Made by a program: the position numbers and the translations under genes
Origin: Eledone cirrhosa
Taxonomy: Eukaryota
Length of the DNA: 64,000 nt
NCBI GenBank assembly: GCA_964016885.1
Contig: OZ024743.1
Coordinates: 323,268,001-323,332,000 of the forward strand
Direction of reading: 5' to 3'
Shown here: positions 55,038-64,000 of the stretch, one piece after another
Layout: each line of letters begins with the position of its first letter
How positions within the stretch are numbered: position 1 is the first letter of the stretch
Notes under the pieces: model-generated
The model's input: the letters and a program-made list of their open reading frames with translations, nothing else
The model's database searches: none
What the model was told of the DNA's origin: nothing

Positions 55038-55180
55038 GCCAGTACTAGACTGGTACTTTTTTTATTGACATCGAAAAGATGAGAGGTAAAGTTGATCTCA
55101 GCAGGATTTGAACTCAAAGAGCCAGAACAAATACCTCAAAGCATTCTATCCAACGTTCTAATGACTCTACCTATTCACTG
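55038..55180 (-). mobile_element. SINE family 1 partial copy
   Basis: GGATTTGAACTC (B box on minus) and CTGGTACTTTTTTTATTGAC...AAAGTTGATCTC. Confidence 0.65.
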
Positions 55181-55242
55181 CATGAGAATTATAAATAATA
55201 GCAAATTTAAAGACATACTGAAAAAATACAAATAGACTCTAA

Positions 55243-55591
55243 CATCATCATCATTTTACGTCCGCTTTTCCCTGCTTGCAAGGGTTAGATGGGTCCTATT
55301 CAGCACAGCATCTCTCCACTTGTCACGGTCCTTCGTCGTCATCTCGGTGAGTTTCTGAGGTCTGCTCTCACCACCTCCGCTCATATTTTAGGTGGTCTAC
55401 CTCTACTGCATCTTCCTTCTACTGGGATTTCTTGGCACTTCTTTACCCAGCGGTCATCCTCCATGCGCATCACATGTCCATACCACAACTTATCCCTCTT
55501 ATACCCAGTTTCTTTCTCAACTCGTCTATGCTTGGTCGTTTACGCACATTGACATTGCACATCCAACGGAGCATACTTGCTTCATTTCTCT
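55243..55591 (-). mobile_element. 3' fragment of the PHD-RTE LINE family
   Basis: Closely similar to 58154-58540, with internal deletions, and has the same tail. Confidence 0.9.
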
Positions 55592-55877
55592 TTAAAAAGA
55601 TGTAAAGCATTCTACTTAAGAATCCTTCATATAAGAAACCACTTAGAATTTAGTATACCTGATTATTGTTATATCTGTAGAGTGATGCAAGGTAAACCAT
55701 TTTTTTAACAACATACTATTAATTCTTTAGCCCCAAGTCAGTATGTATTAAACCTTTCATTACAGTATTTCTGATAAATGACACTGCCTATAATATTCAA
55801 ATTTTGAAAATAATCAAGAATTTGGAGAGATTTAAGTGCCCCAGCATGAGCTGGGATAAGTAAAAGGATAACTAGTA

Positions 55878-57021
55878 ACTCTATTATCTGGTGGTCCTTA
55901 AGGAAATTAGGTGTAGAAGAAAGGCTTGAGAGAGCAGGGCAAGCCATATACAGAGGAGCTGTGGGTTTAGTGAGGAATTCAAGGTACAGTTCATCAGGGT
56001 TCAGTTTTTAGCCCACTCCTATTCATCATAGTTCTCCAAGACATAACAGAAGGGTTTAAAACTGGTTGCCCATGGGAAATTCTCTATGTAGATGATCTGG
56101 TCCTTATAGCTGAATCCATAAATGTACTGGAAAATAAGTTCCGACTATGGAAACAGAATTTGGAATCAAACAGTCTGAGAGTAAACTTTGTCAAAACTAA
56201 AGTGTTAGTAAGTAGGAAAGCTGATAGGACCCTGATTTCCTTGGGGAAGTGTCCCTGCTCTATGTAGAAAAGGAGTAGGCATAAACTCTATATGATTTAC
56301 ACAATGTAAATCTTGGGTACACAAGATGTAGTGGGATAACTGGTAGACTAACAGGAACCAAGACTTTGTATATAAGATACCGAAGGGAAAAGCATCGTGT
56401 GTATTAACCTTTTCCAATCACTGGAAGGATCCATAAAAGTCGGTGATTAAGATGACTGAAATAACAGCAGAGGAGGGTGCTCTGAGAACATAATGGCTAG
56501 AATAAGGATAGGATGGAAGAAATTTTGAGAGCTACTCCCACTGTTGACAATAGAAAGTGTGTCCCTTCGTATAAAAGGATGACTGTATGACACCTGTGTG
56601 TGAAGTGCAATGCTGCATGGTAGTGAAACATGGGTTGTGACTGCAAAAGATATGCGTAGACTGGAGAGAAATGAAGCAACCATGCTTCGTTGGTTGTACA
56701 ATGTAAATGTGAAAGGCAGAGTATGAATGAACTGAGGGATAAACTGATGTGGTGTGCAAGAGAGATTGTGTTGGTACGAACATGTGATGCACATGGATGA
56801 TAGTCACTGGGCGAAGAGGAGCCAGAAGATCGCAGTAGAGGGAAGCCATAGTTGAGGTAGACCAAGGAAGATCTGGGCAGAGGTGGTGAGAACTGATCTT
56901 AAATCGCTGAGATTCACAGAGGAGATAATGAAGGAACGTGGCAAGTGGAGAGATGATGCTGTGCTGATAAAGACCCATGAAAGTGGGGAGAAACAGATGT
57001 AAAAATTATGATGGTGGTGAT
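55878..57021 (+). mobile_element. Decayed 5'-truncated copy of the PHD-RTE LINE family
   Basis: SIIWWSLRKLGVEE, VHQGSV, ITEGFKTGCPWEILYVDDLVLIAES, a degenerate Cys finger, MLHGSETW and RLERNEA; multiple stops and frameshifts. Confidence 0.9.
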
Positions 57022-57464
57022 ATATATAATGTGTAGGTTCCCAAGTGGTGTTGGGGGTGGGGGGTAACCACAGTTAAAGTTACTCAATACGTTGGTAGGG
57101 TATAGAAATGGCTTCTACTGGACTAGAATTGTTTCATTCATATGAAATCATCCTTCCTGATATATATATATATATATATATACATACATATATACATACA
57201 TAAAGTAATAATAAATGTAAAGACTAAAATCCGAAGTGGCCTCGATAAGGATTATATATATATATATAACCTGTTGAGCAAATATTTATTATAAGTACAG
57301 ATTAAAGTTTAAGCAAAGAATCGCTATTTTCACCCTTTTATGGGATCTTATGAAACTCGAGATATATATATAGGGAAGAACAGATATATAGTAGGAGAAA
57401 AAGAGAGAGTCACAGCAGTAAAATAACATTGAATTAAAAATAAGGCTGTGTGGTTACCAGTAAA

Positions 57465-57567
57465 TATTAAAAAAACACTTGGGTGAAAACTCGGAAGACT
57501 CAGGGACAATTCATGCTCATTGGCAGTCTTGTGTCTTCCATGTTTTCACCCATGTGTTTTTCTAATA
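57465..57567. repeat. ~100-nt hairpin (43-bp arms, ~18-nt loop) in a (TA)n-rich region
   Basis: TATTAAAAAAACACTTGGGTGAAAACTCGGAAGACTCAGGGAC pairs with GTCTTGTGTCTTCCATGTTTTCACCCATGTGTTTTTCTAATA. Confidence 0.85.
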
Positions 57568-57799
57568 ATATATATATGTATATATATTAAAAAAGAGATG
57601 AATGACTTCAATGGTAGTTGGTGTTCTTTAATACATCAAAGCTTTACAGTAACTTGTTATAGATATTAGTTCTGGTAAGTCCTTGTTAACTTTCTGGGAA
57701 ACTTCCTTGCATTCTGTCACAATTTTCAAACTTGTCTATTATTGTGTTTTGATTATATATATATTTTCTTTATATATGATGATGATGATATATAAATAT

Positions 57800-58105
57800 A
57801 TCATCATCATCATTTTACGTCCGCTTTTCCCTGCTTGCAAGGGTGGGACGGGAACTGATTCTGGCTTGATTTCTACAGCTGGATGCCCTTCCTAACACCA
57901 ACCTCATTTACAGTGAGTGCTGGGTGCTATTTTTCCGTGGCACCTACACGTCCACTTTACAGTGTGGGCTGGGTGCTTTTTTTGCCGTGGCACTTCCACG
58001 ACCACTTTGCAGTGGAATAATAGGAAACCCAGTCCTATCATCTCATTTCTACAGTTAACTGGAGCAATGTGAAATAAAGTGTCTTGCTCAAGGAAACAAC
58101 ACATC
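57800..58105 (-). mobile_element. SINE family 2, lacking the tRNA head, tail type A
   Basis: Reverse complement of 53533-53836, with two internal units. Confidence 0.92.
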
Positions 58106-58153
58106 CTATATATATATAGTGTTCCAAAAGACGCTGAGGCTATGCTGGGGTCT

Positions 58154-59538
58154 ATCATCATCATCATCATCATACATCCACTTTTCCCTGCTTGCAAGGG
58201 TGGGACGGGTCTTATTCAGCACAGAATCTCTCCACTCGTCACGGTCCTTCGTCATCTCCACCGTGAGCTTCAACGATCTGAGGTCTGTTCTCACCACCTC
58301 CACCCATGTTTTTCATGGTCTACCTCTACCATGTCTTCCTTCAACTGGCATTTCCTGGCACTTCTTCACCCATCGGTCAACCTCCATGCGCATCACATGT
58401 CCATACCACCTCAGTCTCCTCTCTCACACACTACATTCTATCCCTCTCAGACACAGTTTCTCTCTCAACACATTCATGCTGGGTCGTTCACGCACATTTA
58501 CACTGCACATCCAACGGAGCATGCTTGCCTCATTTCTCTCCAGCCGTCGCATATCCTCTGCAGTTGCTGCCCATGTCTCACTACCATGCAGCATCGTGCT
58601 CCTCACACAGGCTTCATACAACCGGCATTTCGTACGCAGCGAGAAACCCTTCTTCGTCAGCAGAGGAAGCAGCTCCCTAAACTTCTTCCAACCCGTCCTT
58701 ATTCTAGATACTATAGCCTCGGAACACCCTCCTCCCATGCTAATCTGATCTCCTAGGTACCAGAAGCTATCCACCACTTCTATAGCGCCCTCCTGCATTT
58801 GAGAAATGTGTCTATCAATACGACTTCTACTGTTTAATTTCCCTGTACATCTACTGCATACATATTTCTCCCTACCTGTTAGTTTGCCTGCTATCCCGCT
58901 ACATCTCTTGTGTACCCAGGATCTGCATTGTGTGCATTTTATAGAATTTATGCTAGTTCCTTTTCTGCATATCGAACATGGCCATTTACCTGACGGAATC
59001 AGAGTTTTGTCTTCTTTTCTACTCATCAGCACTTTTGTCTTAGCTAGGTTCACTCTCAGTCCTCTTGCTTCCAACTGCTGTTTCCATAGCCAGAATTTAT
59101 TCTCTAGCTCCTCTACTGATTCTGCTATAAGAACCAGATCGTCAGCATAGAGAAGTTCCCATGGACAGCCAGTCTTAAACTCCTCTGTTATGGCTTGGAG
59201 GACTATAATGAACAAGAGCGGGCTGAGGACCGAACCTTGATGTACTCCTACTTGTATCTGGAATTCCTCACTAAACTCCATTCCTACCCTGACTTTACTG
59301 AGAGTACTTCTGTACAAAGTTTGCACTGTCCTCATACCTAGCTTCCTTAGGGACCACCAGATGACAGATCGGGGTACCCTATCAAAGGCCTTCTCTAGGT
59401 CAACAAAGGCTAAGTATAGTGGCTTATTTTTCTCTAAGAACCTCTCTTGCAATTGTCTCACCAAGAAGAGGGCATCTGTTGTACTCTTCCCAGGCACAAA
59501 ACCAAACTGCATCTCAACTAGTTTGACCCTTTCTCTAT
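58154..59538 (-). mobile_element. Relatively young 5'-truncated RTE-clade LINE; reverse transcriptase with an embedded PHD-type zinc finger
   Basis: ORF motifs QFGFVPGKSTTDALF, AFVDLEKAFDRVPR, GVHQGSVLSPLLF, LLYADDLVL and MLHGSETW. The frame continues through two TGA codons (likely CGA>TGA) to ERRLRWYGHVMRM...GRGRP*KTW...KTRPTLASREK and a (TGA)n tail. No endonuclease domain is present. Confidence 0.96.
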
Positions 59539-59853
59539 GTTGTTTCCTTGAGCAAGACACTTTATTTCACATTGCTCTAGTTTACTCAGCTGTAGAAATG
59601 AGATGTTAGGACTGGGGTCCCTATCATTCCACTGCAAAGTGGTCGTGGAGGTCTCACGGCAAAAAAGCACCCAGCCCACACTGTAAATGAGGTTGGTGTT
59701 AGGAAGGGCATCCAGCTGTAGAAATCAAGCCAGAATCAGTTCTCATATGAGCAAGACAAAGTCAGCCGACTGGACACTGCCCACAACAAGACAACCCGTC
59801 TAACCCATACTAGCATGGAAGAACGGACGTAAAACGGTGATGATGATGATGAT
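59538..59853 (+). mobile_element. SINE family 2, lacking the tRNA head, tail type B
   Basis: Matches the body of the 53459 copy up to AATCAGTTC, then has a different, longer tail ending CGGACGTAAAACGG(TGA)n. Confidence 0.9.
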
Positions 59854-59857
59854 ATAT

Positions 59858-60961
59858 ACTAAAACGAAGTCGTCAAATAGGGCCGATACATCTTTGGTCA
59901 TTTTCCCACTCATTCAATAATTTAATTAAGTCAGTATCATTAAGATACAACCCAAGGAAATTAGAGTGGACACTTATATGTTAAATAGTGAAAAAATTAT
60001 TTCATGTGGATAGAAAATTTGATTTTCCAGCCCTGGACCCATGCATAATTTTCTGTGACTATCTGCTAGGGGTAGTCCAAATGGAACTACCGTGTACAGA
60101 AATTAGGTAATTCTATTGTGCATTACGTAATTGGCTAAGAATTACATCATCAGCAGGGAATTAGCCCCTTTGGAACGGCTCAGCTATCCACACACTGCTC
60201 CGATGTACCTCGGCCAGTGTAGTAGTAAACTCAACCCTTAGTGTCATGTGAATTGATACCAAAGGGGAGGTAAGCTAGTACTAACTATTCACAGAGAACA
60301 CATTGGCACAAATTTTTAAAATGAAATGGGCCATGAAGCACTCAACCATGGTTTCCATAGAGAAAGCAAAGACATAGTTGCGAACAATAAATAAATCAAA
60401 CTATATTAAACAGTAAAAAGTTCAACTTACAATTTGAATGTAGGTTAATCTACTGGGAGTTTAAAATAATACTGAAACAAAGCTGTCGAATAGGACCGAT
60501 ACATTCTTCATTCAATAATTCAAGTCAGCATCATTAAGACACAACCCAAAAAAATTAGAGTGGACACGTATACATTAAATAGGGTGAAAAACGATTTTGT
60601 GTGGATAGAAAATTTGATTTTCTGGGCCTTGGACCAATATATATATACACACACATGAGACTTTCTACAGTTTTTGTCACCAAATTGATTGGTTGGCACT
60701 GGGTTAGAAGACACCCAAAGTGCCATGTAATGGTGTGAACCTGAAACCATGTGATTCTGAAGTGAACTTCTTAACCACACGGCCATGCTTGCACCTCAAA
60801 ACTATAGTCTAAAAAATGATAGTCTTATTGTTGAGAAGAAAAATCATTACTGTTAATGAAATTACAATTGACAAAAAATTAAATGAAGTCGCATGTGTGT
60901 GTGTGTGTGTATATATATATTGGTCCAGGGCCCAGAAAATCAAATTTTCTACCCACACAAA
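59858..60961. repeat. Unclassified repeat cluster: direct repeats 59858-60039 and 60471-60636, plus an inverted partial copy at 60892-60961
   Basis: GTGGATAGAAAATTTGATTTTC..G.CC.TGGACC ends both direct copies, and TGGTCCAGGGCCCAGAAAATCAAATTTTCTACCCACAC is its reverse complement. Confidence 0.85.
60655..60795 (-). mobile_element. tRNA-derived SINE (family 4), decayed
   Basis: The minus strand starts GAGGTGCAAGCATGGCCGTGTGGTTAAGAAG (A box) and has GGTTCACACC (B-box-like). Confidence 0.7.
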
Positions 60962-61204
60962 GAGAAATGAATCTAATTTCTAGTAGATTACAGCTTCAGA
61001 TATGTTCCAGCTTTATTAGACCACATTAGTGAAGCAAATCTAATGTAGTGAAGCATATCTCAGAACAACTAGTGTATATAGTTTTTAGTGTTAAGATAAT
61101 TCACTGGTTAGGCAATTTAAAATGATTATATTAAAACATTTCCTAAGGTTGTTATTTGCATGGAAAACATATAGTTGTGGGCAGACTCTTATAATTAATG
61201 CTGT

Positions 61205-61335
61205 ATCATCATCATCATCATCATTTAATGTCTACTTTCCCTGCTAGCAAGGGTTGGACAGTTATACATAGACGAAGTCAGTAGTGAAGTGGGGCTACTG
61301 ACCTCCCAGACAGGCCAAGAGGTCTGTATCCCGAT
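61205..61335 (-). mobile_element. RTE/SINE 3'-tail fragment
   Basis: (CAT)n TTAATGTCTACTTTCCCTGCTAGCAAGGGTTGGACAG, similar to 52612-52730. Confidence 0.7.
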
Positions 61336-61429
61336 ATAGATATTTAATATATTATAGCTTGTAGTTACATCTATAGTACAACAGTACAGTGCTATAAAAT
61401 GATATAATAGGAGCCTGTTGTATAGATGT

Positions 61430-61725
61430 GGAGACACATAGCATATTGGTATGAGTGTTGGACTTACGATCATAATGTTGTGAGTTCAATTCCTGGGCTG
61501 GGTTGTGTTGTGTTCTTGAGCAAAACACTTTGTTTCACATTGCTCCAGTATACTCAGCTGAAAACAAGTTCCAGCAATAGCTGAGGGTTTAACCCTGCGA
61601 TGGACCAGCGACTTGTCCAGGGGAAGTCTTGTACTCTCAGTTGCTTCACACCACAAAATGGACATAAGCACTGGCCTGACGAGCCTTATGACTTGAGACA
61701 TACTTTAGACTTAGAGACTTAGACT
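61430..61725 (+). mobile_element. tRNA/CORE-like SINE sharing the family-2 head and body but with an unrelated 3' half
   Basis: Head GGAGACACATAGC...GTTGTGAGTTCAATTCC and body TTCTTGAGCAAAACACTTTGTTTCACATTGCTCCAGTATACTCAGCTG, then AACCCTGCGATGGACCAGCGACTTGTCCAGGGG and a (TTAGAC)-like tail. Confidence 0.8.
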
Positions 61726-62143
61726 GTTGTATAGATACAATATCATAAATAGTTCTACTAATATATTGTATCTATTACACAGTGTTTAGATATCTGGTAT
61801 GCTGTAACTTGTTATTTATACTTGCTATTGAAATATATAGAATATGATAGCAGCCTGTTTTGTAGTAGGTACAGAACTAATAACTAATTCTACTATTATA
61901 GTATTGTATCTACAACACAACATTGAGATATTGTGTACAGTATGGCTTATTGGTTACACTTGTACAGTACTATACAGTAACACAATAGCAACATGTTATG
62001 TAATAGCTACAATATTATACCCAGTTGTAATATGGTGGAACTATAGGTTGATGGTTATCTGTACTTCAATGGCTGCCATAGTACTGTAGCTGTAGTAAAA
62101 TGGATACTACAGAATACTAGTTAGTGTTAGAAAGTTAGAACTG

Positions 62144-62415
62144 CTCTTGGGTCCCAAATATTGGGGGGGAGGGGTAATTTTTCTAGGTTGTCTCTGTTGA
62201 TTTTTTAAAAACCAGAATTAGTCGTTTAGTTTATATATTGAGACCCCAACCCATCCTATTTATAACATATGGGATTTCTAGTAATGTACTGTTTGTCATG
62301 TATAAAGAAAATTGTCACAGGAATGCTACCACTTAAAATAAAATTTTGCCAGATATAGATTAGCAAAATTAAATAAATGTGAGGGGGGGGGGGGGCATTA
62401 TTTGAGACCCAGGAG
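62144..62415. mobile_element. Possible ~270-bp MITE
   Basis: Terminal inverted repeats CTCTTGGGTCCCAAATA and TATTTGAGACCCAGGAG (15/17 match); a TA flank is present on the right only. Confidence 0.4.
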
Positions 62416-62737
62416 TACATCAGGGGTCTCAAACACATGACCCACAGCAGAAGAGATTTTGACTTAATATTTTCCTAAAATTGGGTAACCTGGGAAATTT
62501 GACGCTCTACATTTTCTCCTAATTCATATATCTCACAATCAAATGTGTATTCATTTTGATTAGGCTGGTATTTATTATTATTTTTCTATCAATTGTACCG
62601 AAGATTGACATTATGACTGGTGGAAATACACACACACAAACACACAACAGTTTCACATTTTACCACTGTTCTTCTCCTTAAGGACTTCATGACCTGGAGT
62701 TTGAGACTTGGAGATAGTGGTAACTTAGTAATATAGA

Positions 62738-62931
62738 TGTTGTTGTTGAGCTCTTCAGCTTCAAGTCAGCCATCATTATACAAAGCTTCCAGCTAAAGCA
62801 TTCCAGTCGTGACCTTCCCATTTTGTATTGTGTACAGAGAATAAAGAAACACATGTTTAAGATGTGGCGGTTGATATAATTTAAGGGTGATAAAACTGCT
62901 ACTTCTAATAAATCATGCAACTATGTAGAGC
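62738..62931 (-). mobile_element. SINE-like repeat family 3 fragment
   Basis: (GTT)n, AAAGCATTCCAGTCGTGACC and CTGCTACTTCTAA...CAACTATGTAGAG. Confidence 0.45.
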
Positions 62932-62956
62932 CACTATCTTAGCAGAATAATGATAA

Positions 62957-64000
62957 AGTGTAGTAGCAGTGTTATAATAGTACTGTAGTGTAGTGTAGTA
63001 GCAGTGTTATAATAGTACAGTAGTGTAATAGCTGTGTTATAATAGTACAGTAGTGTAGTGTAGTAGCTGTGTTATAAAAGTACTGTAGTGTAGTATAGTA
63101 GCAATGTTACAATAGTACTGTAGTGTCGTCTAGTAGCAGTGTTATAATAGTACAGTAGTGTAGTGTAATAGCTGTGTTATAATAGTACAGTAGTGTAGTA
63201 GCTGTGTTATAATAGTACAGTAGTGTAGTGTAGTAGCAGTGTTATAATAGTACAGTAGTGTAGTAGCTGTGTTATAATAGTACTGGAGTGTAGTGTAGTA
63301 GCAGTGTTATAATAGTACAGTAGTGTAGTGTAGTAGCAGTGTTATAATAGTACAGTAGTGTAGTGTAGTAGCTCTGTTATAATAGTACTGCAGTGTAGTC
63401 TAGTAGCAATGTTACAATAGTACTGTAGTGTCGTCTAGTAGCAGTGTTATAATAGTACAGTAGTGTAGTGTAATAGCTGTGTTATAATAGTACAGTAGTG
63501 TAGTGTAGTAGCTGTGTTATAATAGTACAGTAGTGTAGTGTGGTAGCAGTGTTATAATAGTACAGTAGTGTAGTGTAGTAGCTGTGTTATAATGGTACTG
63601 TAGTGAAGTAGCAGTGTAGTCGCTGTGTAATAATAGTACAGTAGTGTAGTGTAGTCGCAGTGTTATAATAGTACAGTAGTGTAGTGTAGTAGCTGTGTTA
63701 TAATAGTACAGTAGTCTAGTGTAGTAGCTGTGTTATAATGGTACTGTAGTAAAGTAGCAGTGTTATAATAGTACAGTAGTGTAGTATAGTCGCAGTGTTA
63801 TAATAGTACAGTAGTGTAGTAGCAGTGTTATAATAGTACAGTAGTGTAGTGTAATAGCTGTGTTATAATAGTACTGTAGTGTAGTGTAGTAGCAGTGTTA
63901 TAATAGAACAGTAGTGTAGTAGCTGTGTTATAATAGTACTGGAGTGTAGTGTAGTAGCTGTGTTATAATAGTACAGTAGTGTAGTGTAGTAGCTGTGTTG
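62957..64000. repeat. 30/35-bp minisatellite GTGTTATAATAGTAC(A/T)GTAGT(GTAGT)1-2AGC(A/T), running off the right edge
   Basis: Direct tandem repeat whose unit length varies by one GTAGT pentamer. Confidence 0.97.

Noticed and set aside
56205-56978. Minus-strand ORFs of 70-148 aa
   Set aside because: They are antisense to the decayed RTE copy at 55878-57021.
58079-59609. Plus-strand ORFs of 82-225 aa, and the MSCSRKQH start of the 378-aa ORF
   Set aside because: The plus-strand ORFs are antisense shadows of the LINE ORF. The apparent N-terminus comes from the adjacent SINE, so the LINE is truncated and non-autonomous.
61670-61705. Hammerhead ribozyme core (CTGACGAG)
   Set aside because: No GAAA follows the putative stem II; it is better explained as a SINE 3' hairpin.

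Overview
AT-rich, repeat-dense eukaryotic DNA. The SINE and RTE-LINE families look like those of an octopus or other coleoid cephalopod (my recognition, not searched). Bases 1 to ~37,945 are one 29-bp satellite (about 1,300 monomers, consensus TATTACCTCACYCCTGACTCCCTACTGTA) with kilobase-scale higher-order duplications. About 95 bp after it lies the only host exon I can support, 38039-38208 (+). It encodes the end of a proprotein-convertase (furin/PCSK family) P domain (GTLTEWQLILHGT), so the satellite most likely fills an intron of that gene. On the sense strand the monomer has no AG and carries two branch-point-like CTNAC motifs. The remaining 26 kb is probably the next intron. It holds two more minisatellites, RTE and CR1-like LINE relics, several tRNA-derived SINE families and several long inverted repeats. 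One RTE family has a PHD-type finger inside its RT region, and one SINE family has a 3' tail matching that LINE. Most ORFs in the supplied track are repeat artefacts. All coordinates were counted by eye, and repeat boundaries are approximate.
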